From assembly GCF_056746865.1 (NCBI RefSeq), contig NZ_CM163382.1: 64,000 nt of DNA, one strand, 5' to 3'. The translations under genes were made by a program, and so were the position numbers. The notes under the pieces are model-generated. The model was not told the origin of the DNA. It worked only from the letters and a program-made list of their open reading frames with translations, and did not search any database. Below, in pieces: positions 1-11,927 of the stretch (the stretch's first letter is position 1; every line of letters starts with the position of its first letter).

Positions 1-2927
1 GATTTTATGAATCTGAACGACGCAATTTTCTCGGAACATTATTCAGTGAAGGTGGTTTACCTTTCCGGCTACTCAAAGAATCAGACAGTCGCTTTCTGGC
101 TGTTTTCTCCAGGATCCTTGGACAATATGAGCAAGCAAAGCAGTCAGGTTTTTCTGCCCTTTCGCTGGCAAGAGCTGTCATAGAAAAATCAGCGCTGCCA
201 ACTGTTTTTAGCGAAGATACCTCTGTAGAACTTATCAGTCATATGGCTGATAACCTCAATTCCTTAGTACTTACTCACAACCTAATAAATCACAAAGAAC
301 CAGTACAACAGCTTGAGAAGGTTCACCCTACCTGGCGAAGCGAGTTTCCAATACCGTTAGATGATGAAACAGGAACGCATTTTTTGAATGGACTGCTATG
401 CGCAGCCTCTGTAGAGGCTAAGCCTCGACTACAAAAAAATAAGAGTACGCGTTGCCAATTCTATTGGTCAGAAAAGCATCCAGATGAGCTTAGGGTGATA
501 GTATCTCTTCCGGACGAAGTTTCCTTTCCTGTAACAAGCGAGCCGTCAACTACGCGCTTTGAACTTGCCATTTGTGAAGATGGTGAGGAAGTCTCTGGCC
601 TTGGGCCAGCCTATGCTTCTCTGGAAAACAGACAGGCAACAGTTCGATTACGTAAAAGCGAAGTGAGATTTGGCAGGCAAAATCCATCGGCAGGTTTGTC
701 GTTAGTGGCTCGTGCTGGAGGGATGATTGTTGGGAGCATTAAACTTGATGACAGTGAAATTGCCATTGGTGAGGTGCCGTTAACCTTCATCGTTGATGCA
801 GATCAATGGCTGTTACAGGGACAGGCTTCTTGCAGTGTGCGAAGCAGCGATGTTCTGATTGTGCTCCCTCGGGATAATAGCAATGTTGCTGGTTTTGATG
901 GCCAATCGAGGGCAGTAAACGTATTAGGACTAAAAGCACTACCTGTGAAGGGATGTCAGGACGTTACAGTTACAGCAAATGAAACTTATCGGATTCGCAC
1001 CGGAAGAGAACAAATCAGCATCGGAAGGTTTGCTCTAAATGGAAAGCGTGCAAGCTGGGTTTGTCATCCAGATGAAACATTTATTGGTGTACCAAAAGTC
1101 ATTTCTACACTACCGGATATTCAAAGCATTGATGTAACGCGTTACCTGAGCGGAATTTCAATTGAGCAATGTCATATACAAGAGATGCTGGGGGCTCAAT
1201 ATCTTTCTATCCGTAATAGTAAGAATGAAACGCTCTTGCGTCGCAAAATCGGTATTTTGCCTGCTGATTTCAGTATTGAGATAAAAGGTGGAATACACGC
1301 AAATGAAGGCACTATCGTAATCACCACACAGCATCCTTGTGTAGCAAAACTTAAAGATAAAACATTGGAGGCTACACGTAAGCGTACTGAGGGGCGAACA
1401 GAGATACAACTCAAAGCGGAAGGGGTACCTCCGGCATTTATTACATTACAAGTTCTGCCTAATTTGGCGGCTGACCCCATCGATATTGAGTTACCTTTTC
1501 CCGCTAAAGGCTGTCTCGCTCTTGATGTAAACGGACGTCCTCTGGATAAAAACATTACGCTGCATGATCTGCTGGGTTCCAGAGCGTTTCTGTTCTCCAG
1601 AAATGGCGAGCCGACAAGATATACATTGCAGTTGCATTTGCGCTCCGTTAGTGGATTACAGGCATGGCACGAATGGTGTTATACGGCGTTGAGCGATCGT
1701 CCTGTTGAATTGAATCTCTATAGTCTGCGCGAACATATTGAGAACCTGATTTCACTTGAGGCAGGTATTGACCAGGTTGTTGAGATGCGTATTACGGGGG
1801 CGGGTGTGGTCATGGCCTGGCAAATTCGTCGCTATAAATACAGTCTGCGCTATGATTATGAAAAAGAACTATTACTCAGCCAGTCAGTGAACCATCGTGC
1901 TGGACAGATTCCTTCCCCCGTTATCATGCTGTTAAGTGAACCCGAGAGGAAATCCATCCCCTTAGCATCAAGAATGAGCGAGGGAGTGCCTGTCGGTGAA
2001 TATGAGTTGAGCTCAATCGTTAACAAAAATGGACCGTGGTTGGTTGTCCCTAAACCGGGTGAAGAGATGGCTTTTCGTCCCTGCTTCATTCGTGGCGAAT
2101 CTTCGTTACCGGTAGAAGAAAGCAACATCCGCTCATTGCAGAAAGCGACCCAGCTTTTTAATCCACAGGCAGAAGTTAATACCATCACACTGGTTCTCGG
2201 ACAGATGGCTAACGATCCTGCCCATTCCGGCTGGCAATTTATGCGTAGCCTGTACGATCAATTTGGTTATTTACCACTGGCAACCTTTGAAGTATGGCGT
2301 GCACTGGTGCAGCATCCGCAGGCATTGGCAATGTCGCTCTTCAAATTTGAAATGTCAGCAGAGTACCTGAGTCGTATTGAGAATGAGTTCCCTATTCTAT
2401 GGGAGTTTTTCCCCATCTTTGAGATCAAAGCGGCATCTGAGCGTTTCAAATTGTTCCTGAGCCAAAAAGGTGCACCGGAGGAAACCCAGAAATTACTGGT
2501 TACTAATATGTTTCAACGGCTGGGGCTCGTGTTCCCGACATATGCCGATGAAATTGAGAAATGGTTAAGTAACGGACATCTCCCCCCGTCTATTCCTGAG
2601 TCTTTTGTCCACGTGTGGTATCAGGAGCTTTTACGTGAGCATAGTGAAGCTCAATGGCCAGAGTACGGCAGCAAGCGGCTGCATAGCTGGATGGCATCAC
2701 AAAAAAATCCAGTGATTGGTATTAATCCTGACGCAAATCACCGCTATTCCGTGGCCTTGTTACCCGTCTTCGCTGCAGCTGTGGCAAGCGGAAATGCTTC
2801 TTTTGAATCTGTATTTGACCGTAAACCCGGTGCCGTATTTTTCCTGAGGCAAGTCAGGGATTTCGATTCCCGCTGGTTTAAGGCCATCTTCCAGTGCAGC
2901 CTGTTGCGTTATGTTGCTAAAAAATAA
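1..2927 (+). CDS. Large protein of unknown function, 5-prime partial (continues upstream of the window); first gene of candidate two-gene defense operon
   Basis: Reading frame is open from position 3 through the ORF-track ATG at 243 with no stop, and the upstream translation (FYESERRNFLGTLFSEGGLPFRLL...) looks protein-like; stop at 2925-2927; no catalytic motif I can name. Confidence 0.7.
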   Translation, partial: FYESERRNFLGTLFSEGGLPFRLLKESDSRFLAVFSRILGQYEQAKQSGFSALSLARAVIEKSALPTVFSEDTSVELISHMADNLNSLVLTHNLINHKEPVQQLEKVHPTWRSEFPIPLDDETGTHFLNGLLCAASVEAKPRLQKNKSTRCQFYWSEKHPDELRVIVSLPDEVSFPVTSEPSTTRFELAICEDGEEVSGLGPAYASLENRQATVRLRKSEVRFGRQNPSAGLSLVARAGGMIVGSIKLDDSEIAIGEVPLTFIVDADQWLLQGQASCSVRSSDVLIVLPRDNSNVAGFDGQSRAVNVLGLKALPVKGCQDVTVTANETYRIRTGREQISIGRFALNGKRASWVCHPDETFIGVPKVISTLPDIQSIDVTRYLSGISIEQCHIQEMLGAQYLSIRNSKNETLLRRKIGILPADFSIEIKGGIHANEGTIVITTQHPCVAKLKDKTLEATRKRTEGRTEIQLKAEGVPPAFITLQVLPNLAADPIDIELPFPAKGCLALDVNGRPLDKNITLHDLLGSRAFLFSRNGEPTRYTLQLHLRSVSGLQAWHEWCYTALSDRPVELNLYSLREHIENLISLEAGIDQVVEMRITGAGVVMAWQIRRYKYSLRYDYEKELLLSQSVNHRAGQIPSPVIMLLSEPERKSIPLASRMSEGVPVGEYELSSIVNKNGPWLVVPKPGEEMAFRPCFIRGESSLPVEESNIRSLQKATQLFNPQAEVNTITLVLGQMANDPAHSGWQFMRSLYDQFGYLPLATFEVWRALVQHPQALAMSLFKFEMSAEYLSRIENEFPILWEFFPIFEIKAASERFKLFLSQKGAPEETQKLLVTNMFQRLGLVFPTYADEIEKWLSNGHLPPSIPESFVHVWYQELLREHSEAQWPEYGSKRLHSWMASQKNPVIGINPDANHRYSVALLPVFAAAVASGNASFESVFDRKPGAVFFLRQVRDFDSRWFKAIFQCSLLRYVAKK

Positions 2928-2939
2928 AAAGGAATAAGG

Positions 2940-5900
2940 ATGACTACACGCTATTTTTCGTCACTTATTGAACAATCGTTGTCTCGTTCAACTGAAGCAA
3001 CGCTCAGTATCATGGGCGTTACCAACCCGCAGCTGCGTGAACATCTCGCGCAACAAATGGGGGCTGATTGTGGGAAACCGGGCTCATTCCTTGCTTCTCC
3101 GGTATTCCAGCAAATGTTTGGCTGGAAGGAGTCAAACCACACGATGCGCAGCCTGACGGAAGGCAACGCATTGTTGAGCAAAGCAGTGGTTGATTCACTG
3201 GATGATCAGAATAATGGCCGGTACCGGTTTGGTGCTGACTGGAGGCCTTTTACGCACCAGTTAGCCAGTTGGAAAGCTTTGCTGGAAAAGAAACATTCAG
3301 TGGTGGTAACCAGTGGTACGGGTTCAGGTAAAACGGAATGTTTTATGGTACCGGTGCTGGAAGATCTTTACCGGGAACTGCATGAAAATGGCAACAATCC
3401 GTTGGTCGGTGTCCGAGCCCTTTTTCTCTATCCATTGAACGCCCTGATTAATTCACAGCGCGAGCGTCTGGATGCCTGGACGCGTGGTTTTGGTACAGGG
3501 ATCCGCTACTGCCTTTACAACGGCAACACCGAAAACCTACACGCTTCGGTAAAAAGCGAACAGGCAAAAAGGCCGAATGAGGTGCTCTCGCGCGAAAAAA
3601 TGCGTGAAGAACCTGCGCCGATTCTGGTGACCAACGGCACGATGCTGGAATATATGATGGTTCGCCAGGTCGACGCCCCGATTATCCAGCAATCTAAAGC
3701 ACAAAAATCACTACGCTGGATTGTACTGGATGAAGCGCATACCTATGTAGGGTCGCAGGCCGCTGAACTGGCGCTCCAGCTGCGTCGTGTGATGACCGCG
3801 TTTGGCGTGACACCAGATGACGTGCGCTTTGTCGCGACCTCTGCGACCATTGCCGGCAGCGACGCTGAAAAGCAGCTGAAAAAATTTCTCTCTGAATTAT
3901 CCGGTATCCCGCAGGAGCGCATCGATGTTCTGGACGGAAGTCGGGTGATTCCTGAACTGGAACCATCCAAAAACGTTTCTGTTCCGTTAGACGAGATAGA
4001 GCAAATACCTGATCTGGATCTAAGAGATAAAAATGATAATAAAATTAAAGGGATAAGTCCTGAGCGCTTTTATGCGCTTACGCATTCCCCCGAAGCGCGT
4101 TACATACGTGAGATGTTGGTCAAACAGCCCAATCCGATGAAGCTGGATGAGATAACAGAGCGGTTACACGTGCTGACAAAACAGCATTACAGCCAGCAGG
4201 AAGTACTGCGTTGGATCGATGTCTGTTCAGGGACTCAACCTAATGCAAAGGATCCCGCATTTCTTAAAGTCAGGGCGCATATCTTCCAGCGTAATACCCA
4301 GGGAATATGGGCTTGTGTTGATAAAGATTGCAGATTAAAGCACGGTACACCGCTCGACAAAGGCTGGCCCTTTGGCTATGTGTATGTGAACCAGCGACAA
4401 AATTGTGACTGTGGAAGCCCTGTATACGAAGTTGCATTCTGTAATGATTGTAATGAGCCTCATCTTCTGGCACGGGACAAAAAGGGCAAACTAGTCCAGT
4501 GGGAAAATAAAGGTGGCGATGAATTCTCTTTGCAGGATGAAGTACCTGTTGAACATGACGCTACAGAAGAAAAAGTCGAAAAAGAGAACAGTTTTCAGCC
4601 TCCGTTGATTATTGCCGCAGGAGAGACCAGCGAGGCAGGTTATACCCTACAACGCCTCGACCGTCAGACGCGCCGTATTGGCGTTATTAACAATGACAGC
4701 ATTCCGCTGATTATTAATGATATTGAACAGGTTTGTAGTGCCAGTGGCTGTGGCTACAGAGGCATGAGTGGGAAACAGCCCTTCCGGCGTGCACTATTAG
4801 GTGGGCCATTTTACGTTACTAATATCGTGCCCACCGTTCTAGAGTATTGTCAGGACTTTACCAGTGATGAAGGCAAAGAGGGCGTCGGACCAGATTCGTT
4901 GCCAGGACGAGGTCGTCGACTCATCACCTTTACAGACAGTCGACAAGGGACAGCCCGAATGGCGGTGCGTATGCAGCAAGAAGCAGAACGCAGTCGCTTA
5001 CGCGGAAGCGTAGTCGAAATTCTCAGCTGGCATCAAAGGACGCAAACGTCTACAGCGCCGAATGCCAATGCCGATCTGGAAAAATTAGCGGCCAGGGCGA
5101 AGCAAGCCCGTGAGCAGGCAGAAGAATATCGAAGCTGGGGAATGCCAGACCAGGCGAAATTGTCACAAGCACAGGCTGAACAGCTTGAACAGGCTTATCA
5201 GGCTGCAACCGGTGGGAAAGCTGCGACTATCCTGGTATCCCGAACCTGGACGGAGATGGTTAACGAGCTTAAAGAGAGAGCCGATATCCGCGGGCCGGTT
5301 CTGCAATATAACCATTATCTTAAGCCTGAAGTGTTTAATGAAAACGGCGGCCCCCTTAAGCTTTCTGAAATGTTGTTGTTCCGGGAATTCATGCGTCGCC
5401 CTAAACGGACTAACAGCCTGGAAACACAGGGGCTGGTTCAGGTTGGTTACCAGGGGCTGGAGAAAATACATAAGAGCCCCTTGCACTGGCAGGAAAAAGG
5501 ATTAACGCTGGATGACTGGCGCGATTTTCTCAAGGTTACGTTGGATCATTACGTTCGCGAGAGCAACTTCACACAGCTGGATGATGAGCTGAAAAACTGG
5601 ATTGGTAGCCGTTTTTCATCAAAATTCGTCCGTAACCCGGAATCAAAAGATCCTGAAGATAATCAGAACAGACGCTGGCCTCAAATTCGTAATGGCAACG
5701 TATCCCATCGTTTAGCGAAGTTGCTGATGCTGGGGGCTGGATTCAAAACCGTCAATGCGGCAACTATTGATATTATCAATACATGGCTGAAAGAAGCATG
5801 GGCCCAACTTACCGGACCGCTTGCAGTACTGAAACCCGATGGCAACCGTTTTTATTTACCGAAAGAGCATATGACTTTTTCTTTAATCACGGATGCCTGG

Positions 5901-8900
5901 ATTTGCCCGGTAACCAATAAAATCCTGGATACGGCTTTTAAAGGCTTAACCCCTTATCTGCCTACCCATATTTCGTTCGAGCATCTTACCCTGGCGCAAT
6001 ATGACACTTTTGTCGCGCAGAAAGTCACAATGCCGGAAATCTGGAAGCTGGATCGTTCACAGGAAGACTACGCAGAGGGTCTGGCAAAAGCACGCGACTG
6101 GGTCAGCCATGATCCGCTGATCGCACAATTGCGGTCGGAAAACGTCTGGACAGACATTAACGATCGTGTCGTGGAAGGCGGCTTCTACTATCGTACTGCC
6201 GAGCACTCTGCCCAGCAGTCGTCAGAACGTCTGCAAAGCTATGAAAAGATGTTCAAGAATGGGCAACTAAATGTTCTCAACTGTTCCACCACCATGGAAA
6301 TGGGGGTTGATATCGGGGGTATTACTGCGGTGGTAATGAACAACGTACCGCCACATCCGGCCAACTATTTACAGCGCGCCGGGCGAGCCGGGCGTAGTAA
6401 AGAATCACGCGCGATCTCTTACACCCTATGTAAAGGTAACCCACACGACCAGCAGGTTTTTGCCAACCCGCTCTGGCCATTTGAAACCATGATCCCGGCA
6501 CCCATGGTCGCGATGAACTCCGCCCGACTGGTGCAACGTCACGTCAATGCATTATTACTGTCCGACTTTTTATGTAACGTTATTGGCGAAACCGATAAAG
6601 AAAAAACCAGCCTCGATAGCCTCTGGTTTTTCGGTGAAGATGACGGGCAGTCAAAATGCGAACGCTTTAAAATCTGGCTGGAACGTCCGGTTCTTGATAT
6701 CGACACGGCGCTGGAACGGCTGGTGAAAGGTACGGCGTTGCATGGTGCAAGAGCCGAATATCTGCGGGATAAAACAATCAACGCGATCACCTTCCTGCAA
6801 CAGCGGTGGCTCTCCGTTTATCGCGATCTCGTGACACAGGAGCGTGAGTCGCAGCCGCAAACGCCTTATCGTAAGCGCATAGAGCTGGAGAAGAAACGGC
6901 ACTGTGGCGAGTATCTGCTGCGCGATCTGGCTGCCAGAACCTTCCTGCCGGGATACGGTTTCCCGACAGATGTAGTGACGTTTGATAACTTCACGATGGA
7001 AGATTATATCCGCGAAAAATCGCAGAAAAGTCGTGATAAAAAGGACCGTGAAGATAACGTTTCCCGTTATAAAGGATTACCTTCCCGTAACCTCGGTGTT
7101 GCCATTCGTGAATATGCACCGGGAGCAGAGATCATCCTTGATGGCCGTGTCTTCCGCTCTGCCGGTGTCTCACTGCACTGGCACAACATTAATGCTGATA
7201 CCAATGAAGCCCAGCGTCTGGATTGCGCCTGGCGCTGTCACAAATGCGGGACCATTGGCTATGAAGAGGGGATGAGCAGTTCCGGGATGCTCTTTTGCTC
7301 CAATAGCGCCTGCGGCGAAAAAATAATCATGGATAATCGCCGTCAGGTGCTGCAGCCTGCCGGGTTTGTCACCGATGCACACGCTCCGGTAACGAACAAT
7401 ATTGAAACCATGAAATTCGTCCCGGTTGTCCCCGCGTGGGTCTTTGTTAAAGCAGAGCCCGTACCGTTGCCTAACCCGCTAATGGGTTATATGGCTTCTG
7501 GGGCTGATGGGCATGTTTTCCAGCAAAGTTTGGGGGAAGGTGGACACGGTTATGCATTGTGTCTGAGCTGTGGCCGTGCTGAGTCGATGCTGAATGAAAA
7601 TGATGCGCCGAAAAGTATGGAAGCTCACTATCCACCGCGTCCGGGTAAAGCGGATCGCGACAGCCAGAATCATCGTCTGATTTGCCCCGGTTCGACGGCA
7701 CTCATGAAGAATGTCACCCTGGGCGCACTGGCGCGTACCGATGTCTTTGAAATGGTTCTGCGCAAACCGCAAAACGGCGAGTATCTGCCAGATAACACAG
7801 AGGAGGGGCGGATTGTTGCCATGACTCTGGCGGTTGCTCTGCGTCAGGCGCTGGCGGGCGTTCTGGGTATCTCCGCCGCAGAACTCGGCTATTCTGTACG
7901 TCCGGTCAGACTGGAGGATGGGCAATCGGTATTAGCCGTACAGCTTTATGATGTGATCAGCGGTGGTGCAGGTTTTGCCTCCAGCGCACCGGTACACATT
8001 GAAGCTATATTGCAGGGAATGGTGAAACAGTTAGGCTGCCGCCATTGTGAGACTGCATGTAGTGAATGCCTGCTTGATTCCCAGACTCGCCACGATCACG
8101 ATTTGCTGGATCGCAAAGCGGCGCTGGCCTGGCTTGGCGATGACTTCACGTATTACATCGGTTTACCGGATGAAGAGACATTCTCGCTGCCGGATGCCCG
8201 CTACTGCCCTGGCGCCATTGGCGATACGATTCGCCGGGCGATTAACGAAGGCGCTGAAAAGCTCACCCTGTGGATGACCGGCGCGCCCAATGAGTGGGAT
8301 TTATACGCACGTCAGTTCCGCGCGGCGGTTCAGAACTATCGGCTAAAAGACAACGTCGAGGTCGATCTTGTTATTCCTACGGGAGTGGATGACCCGGACC
8401 TGTTGCATGAACTATCGCAATTTACTGCGCTGGGTGTGCGGCTGTGCCATGTTGAACAGGATCTGCAATTACCGATCGTTGCCCAGGTCACCTTTACCGA
8501 TCGCGTGATGACGCTGGCCTCTCGCAGCCAGCAGGCAACGATTCCGGGGCCGGAGTGGCACCTGAATGACGAACTGGTGGTGCGTAGTCTCGGTTATAAA
8601 ACGGTAGAACTGAACGAGTTTATTCTGCCGGCTAAAGCCACCAACGCTGTCGAGCGGGTCAAAGACATTCAGATCCACAAACAGTTGAATGGACCACTGT
8701 CGCAGTTTGGGCAACGCTTCTGGGACGTGCTGTTTAACGACCATGAAGAAGCGCAGTCACTGATGAATAACACGCGAATTACCGGCGTTCACTATACCGA
8801 TCGCTATCTGCAAAACCCGGTTGCGCTGGCGTTGTTGGGATCAATTCTGAGACCGCTAAAAACAAAGCTGACCGATGGCGCTGAAGTGACGCTGGATACG

Positions 8901-9284
8901 CTATTTAAAGATAAAGATCGCCCCGGTAACCGGCCTTTCCATGACTGGATGAGCATAGCGGATTTTCAGGATTTCGCTGATCAGTGGTTTGCTGCTGCGC
9001 TGGGCAGGCCGGTAGAACTGACGGTGTTCGACTCGCCGCGCGATATCCCTCACCATCGTAAACTGACGGTGACTTTTGAGGATGGTCAGGTATTGAAGAT
9101 CCGCTTCGATCAGGGGATGGGCTACTGGCGCATCAACTTTTCATCGCAATGGCATTACTTTGATTTCCGCGATGACGTTTCTTTCCAGTTAGTCAAAATG
9201 GCTCAGGCCTGCAAGGAAGGGAATGTCGCCAACAGCGAAGAGAGTTGGGCAACGGATGTGCTGGTGGAGGTGATCGCCTCCTGA
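2940..9284 (+). CDS. Giant (2114 aa) DEAH-box superfamily-2 helicase with C-terminal Cys-rich Zn-ribbon (DUF1998/MrfA-like) region; candidate DruE-like defense helicase
   Basis: Walker A GTGSGKT (aa 126-132, nt 3315-3335), DEAH box VLDEAH (aa 264-267, nt 3729-3740), SAT motif, helicase C-domain motif QRAGRAGR (nt ~6372-6395), Cys clusters [31 protein letters not shown] (nt ~7220-8075); starts 13 nt after gene 1 stop behind aaggaataagg RBS. Confidence 0.85.
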   Translation: MTTRYFSSLIEQSLSRSTEATLSIMGVTNPQLREHLAQQMGADCGKPGSFLASPVFQQMFGWKESNHTMRSLTEGNALLSKAVVDSLDDQNNGRYRFGADWRPFTHQLASWKALLEKKHSVVVTSGTGSGKTECFMVPVLEDLYRELHENGNNPLVGVRALFLYPLNALINSQRERLDAWTRGFGTGIRYCLYNGNTENLHASVKSEQAKRPNEVLSREKMREEPAPILVTNGTMLEYMMVRQVDAPIIQQSKAQKSLRWIVLDEAHTYVGSQAAELALQLRRVMTAFGVTPDDVRFVATSATIAGSDAEKQLKKFLSELSGIPQERIDVLDGSRVIPELEPSKNVSVPLDEIEQIPDLDLRDKNDNKIKGISPERFYALTHSPEARYIREMLVKQPNPMKLDEITERLHVLTKQHYSQQEVLRWIDVCSGTQPNAKDPAFLKVRAHIFQRNTQGIWACVDKDCRLKHGTPLDKGWPFGYVYVNQRQNCDCGSPVYEVAFCNDCNEPHLLARDKKGKLVQWENKGGDEFSLQDEVPVEHDATEEKVEKENSFQPPLIIAAGETSEAGYTLQRLDRQTRRIGVINNDSIPLIINDIEQVCSASGCGYRGMSGKQPFRRALLGGPFYVTNIVPTVLEYCQDFTSDEGKEGVGPDSLPGRGRRLITFTDSRQGTARMAVRMQQEAERSRLRGSVVEILSWHQRTQTSTAPNANADLEKLAARAKQAREQAEEYRSWGMPDQAKLSQAQAEQLEQAYQAATGGKAATILVSRTWTEMVNELKERADIRGPVLQYNHYLKPEVFNENGGPLKLSEMLLFREFMRRPKRTNSLETQGLVQVGYQGLEKIHKSPLHWQEKGLTLDDWRDFLKVTLDHYVRESNFTQLDDELKNWIGSRFSSKFVRNPESKDPEDNQNRRWPQIRNGNVSHRLAKLLMLGAGFKTVNAATIDIINTWLKEAWAQLTGPLAVLKPDGNRFYLPKEHMTFSLITDAWICPVTNKILDTAFKGLTPYLPTHISFEHLTLAQYDTFVAQKVTMPEIWKLDRSQEDYAEGLAKARDWVSHDPLIAQLRSENVWTDINDRVVEGGFYYRTAEHSAQQSSERLQSYEKMFKNGQLNVLNCSTTMEMGVDIGGITAVVMNNVPPHPANYLQRAGRAGRSKESRAISYTLCKGNPHDQQVFANPLWPFETMIPAPMVAMNSARLVQRHVNALLLSDFLCNVIGETDKEKTSLDSLWFFGEDDGQSKCERFKIWLERPVLDIDTALERLVKGTALHGARAEYLRDKTINAITFLQQRWLSVYRDLVTQERESQPQTPYRKRIELEKKRHCGEYLLRDLAARTFLPGYGFPTDVVTFDNFTMEDYIREKSQKSRDKKDREDNVSRYKGLPSRNLGVAIREYAPGAEIILDGRVFRSAGVSLHWHNINADTNEAQRLDCAWRCHKCGTIGYEEGMSSSGMLFCSNSACGEKIIMDNRRQVLQPAGFVTDAHAPVTNNIETMKFVPVVPAWVFVKAEPVPLPNPLMGYMASGADGHVFQQSLGEGGHGYALCLSCGRAESMLNENDAPKSMEAHYPPRPGKADRDSQNHRLICPGSTALMKNVTLGALARTDVFEMVLRKPQNGEYLPDNTEEGRIVAMTLAVALRQALAGVLGISAAELGYSVRPVRLEDGQSVLAVQLYDVISGGAGFASSAPVHIEAILQGMVKQLGCRHCETACSECLLDSQTRHDHDLLDRKAALAWLGDDFTYYIGLPDEETFSLPDARYCPGAIGDTIRRAINEGAEKLTLWMTGAPNEWDLYARQFRAAVQNYRLKDNVEVDLVIPTGVDDPDLLHELSQFTALGVRLCHVEQDLQLPIVAQVTFTDRVMTLASRSQQATIPGPEWHLNDELVVRSLGYKTVELNEFILPAKATNAVERVKDIQIHKQLNGPLSQFGQRFWDVLFNDHEEAQSLMNNTRITGVHYTDRYLQNPVALALLGSILRPLKTKLTDGAEVTLDTLFKDKDRPGNRPFHDWMSIADFQDFADQWFAAALGRPVELTVFDSPRDIPHHRKLTVTFEDGQVLKIRFDQGMGYWRINFSSQWHYFDFRDDVSFQLVKMAQACKEGNVANSEESWATDVLVEVIAS

Positions 9285-9290
9285 TGATGA

Positions 9291-9325
9291 GCCGCTCCCG
9301 ATGTGGTGTCGGGAGCGGTATTTTC
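9291..9325. terminator. Bidirectional rho-independent terminator between the convergent helicase gene and mcrC
   Basis: Stem ccgctcccg / cgggagcgg with 9-nt loop followed by T-run, in the 56-bp gap between two convergent stops. Confidence 0.6.
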
Positions 9326-9340
9326 TATAAAACTTACCGC

Positions 9341-10387
9341 TTATTTGAGATATTCATCGAAAATGTCGAGTAATTCTTGATGTATACACGGCCATTCCTG
9401 ACCTAAATTGACGGTACACAAGCCAATATCGAAGCCATTAATTTTATAACGATGTTTCACTGCGGTATCTACGTGGGGATATATTAATAATCCCCCTATG
9501 TTTTCGCCATTTTCAGGCTTTAACGACCATAAGTAATTCATCAGTTGATAAAGATTTTGCGAATGAAATTTTTCTGTTCCCATTCGTCGTGAAAAAATGC
9601 TCTTATAGTATTTGGCGTCAACGATAAGTATTTTTTCTGATGAGCGAATGGTGATGTCAGTTTCCATTCGAGGTAACAAATTAAGTGACTGATCCGATAT
9701 ACTCGATGCATCCCATTTTAAATAAGAGCGGGTTGTGTTTGCAGACGTTAATTCACGACGGCAAAATTCATAAAGAAACTTTTGATAAAGTAATGACATC
9801 TCTTTTTCGTTTCTTTCAAAATCATAGAAACGGTAGTGTCCTTTGTTTTGACCTGGAATAGAATTATTGACGATGAATTTGCAGACACTGATAACGAATT
9901 TATAATAACGCGTATTTTTTCCGCCATTCAGATAGCTGAAATGCTGCGGAGTTAAATGAAGAGTGCTAATGCCCGGTAATTTTCTATAAAGTGAACGAGC
10001 TTCATCTCTGATAGTTGAATTTAACTTTTCATGCTTAATTAATATGGCTAATGTGCTTTTTATAATTCGGTTAGCCAGCGTGTCTTCATTAAGCATATCA
10101 AAAGTACTGACGGTTTTCCCATGATTAAGATGGAAGCCGCGTATTGTTTTAGCAAACTCTATTCGCCCTTTGATGCCAGGAATGATCTCGGTATTAGGAT
10201 TGTAATCAAGCTCAAGCCCTCGGCGTGAAAGCTGTAAAACCCCTTTATTTAATACATACCCCAGGATATCAAGAAGATTGTTACCGGGTATGGCTTCAAG
10301 GTTTGCCTGCTTAATTTCCTGTAAATAACCCCATGCATAGGTAAGCATGTAATAGATATTACGGACAGGTATCACGGGCTGTTCCAC
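9341..10387 (-). CDS. mcrC: McrC, specificity/nuclease subunit of the McrBC modification-dependent (type IV) restriction system
   Basis: Translation matches McrC as I recall it (..EQPVIPVRNIYYMLTYAWGYLQEIK..); start taken as GTG at 10387, overlapping the mcrB stop by 1 nt; AT-rich gene. Confidence 0.9.
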   Translation of the reverse strand: MEQPVIPVRNIYYMLTYAWGYLQEIKQANLEAIPGNNLLDILGYVLNKGVLQLSRRGLELDYNPNTEIIPGIKGRIEFAKTIRGFHLNHGKTVSTFDMLNEDTLANRIIKSTLAILIKHEKLNSTIRDEARSLYRKLPGISTLHLTPQHFSYLNGGKNTRYYKFVISVCKFIVNNSIPGQNKGHYRFYDFERNEKEMSLLYQKFLYEFCRRELTSANTTRSYLKWDASSISDQSLNLLPRMETDITIRSSEKILIVDAKYYKSIFSRRMGTEKFHSQNLYQLMNYLWSLKPENGENIGGLLIYPHVDTAVKHRYKINGFDIGLCTVNLGQEWPCIHQELLDIFDEYLK

Positions 10388-11766
10388 TATGAGTCCCCTA
10401 ATAATTTGTTGGTCCATTTCTGTTGTTTATAGGGGTCATCAAAGAAATATTCTTCGAGTAAAGGGGCGATATCCGTCATCACAATTTCATTAAGCCATTG
10501 CGTATCCGGAGAGGTGCCATCTTCCAACCCACAGCAGAAGTAACTATGCCCAATGCGGAATCCTTTCCCAAGGATAGTGGCCTCTTTGCTGATTTCCTGG
10601 TTCAACTCGTTCATTTTTTGGCATAAAGACTCAACAAATGAAGGTTCTGCTTTTTTATTCAGTAAAAAATTCCGGAACTGTGGTGTATCAAAACCTGGCT
10701 CAATATCTATGAAAGAAAATCGTCTGCGTAGGGCATAGTCAACAACGGCCAGAGAGCGATCGGCAGTATTCATTAAACCGATGATATAAACATTCTCCGG
10801 GACATAGAATCGTTCTTCATCGTTTTCGGAGTAGGTTAGGGGAACAGACCAGTTTTCACCTCGTTTATCATGTTCCATTAACATCATCACTTCGCCAAAT
10901 ACTTTACTGAGATTGGCACGATTGATTTCATCTATAATAAAAATATACTTTTTCTCTGGCTGCTCTTTAGCTTGCTGACAAAAATTGTAAAATATGCCGT
11001 CTTTACGTCGGAAGCCGACGCCATTCGGACGATAGCCCTGTATAAAATCCTCATAGCTATAGGATTGATGGAACTGAACCATATTGACGCGTTGCGGAGC
11101 CTTTTCTCCTGTCAGCAAGTAAGCCAGACGGCGTGCAACAAAGGTTTTTCCAACGCCGGGCGGCCCCTGGAGGATAATATTTTTTTTGATGGTTAATCGT
11201 TTGAGTATCGTCTCTATTGTGGTTTCAGGGATAAACAAATCATTTAACGCATCTTCCAGACAGTATGATTCAGTTTTTGACATAGGTGGAATAACACTCT
11301 TGCCAGAATTAAATATTAATTTATAGTCGTTGATTATGTTGTCCAGCATAGAGGCAAATCGGGTGTAATCAATACCCTGTGAGACTTTTTGGGAACAGGC
11401 GTAATAGGACTGTCCGTATTTTTTAGGATATACACCCGAAGTTGCCTGAAAATACTCTGCGATTGTTTTAGGTATGTCTGAAGAGAACTGCCATTGGGCA
11501 TGTGGTTCATTCGTGTCGCTTATACCATAAGCCAAAACCAACTCATCAAAATCTTTATAATAGAGAATAACGGGATATATACCGTTAGAAGCTTCCTGAC
11601 CTTCTCCAAGAAATGCAAACCAGGGAATAGACGTAAAATTACCATAACCGAAACTCAATTTTACTCGCAGGTTACGGTAAGACGTTGGATAATCTTTAGT
11701 GGATTGCGAACGTTGTTGCTGTGCTTGCTTAATAAATTTTTCAATCCAGGGTTGAATAGATTCCAT
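10387..11766 (-). CDS. mcrB: McrB, GTP-binding 5-methylcytosine-DNA recognition subunit (AAA+)
   Basis: Translation MESIQPWIEKFIKQAQQQRS.. with Walker A GPPGVGKT; start at the 7th codon of the track ORF (459 aa). Confidence 0.9.
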   Translation of the reverse strand: MESIQPWIEKFIKQAQQQRSQSTKDYPTSYRNLRVKLSFGYGNFTSIPWFAFLGEGQEASNGIYPVILYYKDFDELVLAYGISDTNEPHAQWQFSSDIPKTIAEYFQATSGVYPKKYGQSYYACSQKVSQGIDYTRFASMLDNIINDYKLIFNSGKSVIPPMSKTESYCLEDALNDLFIPETTIETILKRLTIKKNIILQGPPGVGKTFVARRLAYLLTGEKAPQRVNMVQFHQSYSYEDFIQGYRPNGVGFRRKDGIFYNFCQQAKEQPEKKYIFIIDEINRANLSKVFGEVMMLMEHDKRGENWSVPLTYSENDEERFYVPENVYIIGLMNTADRSLAVVDYALRRRFSFIDIEPGFDTPQFRNFLLNKKAEPSFVESLCQKMNELNQEISKEATILGKGFRIGHSYFCCGLEDGTSPDTQWLNEIVMTDIAPLLEEYFFDDPYKQQKWTNKLLGDS

Positions 11767-11927
11767 AAGATATGCCTTCCTCATTGCTAAGCCTCTATTA
11801 TCGCTTTCGCAACGTACTGAAACAATAGATTTTTACTGCAAAATCAGACTGGTAAATATTTACTGAGGGGGAAAGTTTCTATTGAGTCAGTGGAAGGCTC
11901 CCGGTGGTTAACCGGGAGTAAACGCTG

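Noticed and set aside
243-245. ATG at 243 as the true start of gene 1
   Set aside because: The frame is open upstream to the window edge with protein-like translation, so the gene most likely starts outside the window.
5110-5505. Overlapping 131-aa (+) and 107-aa (-) ORFs inside the giant helicase gene
   Set aside because: Both are alternative-frame or antisense ORFs within a continuous 2114-codon frame.
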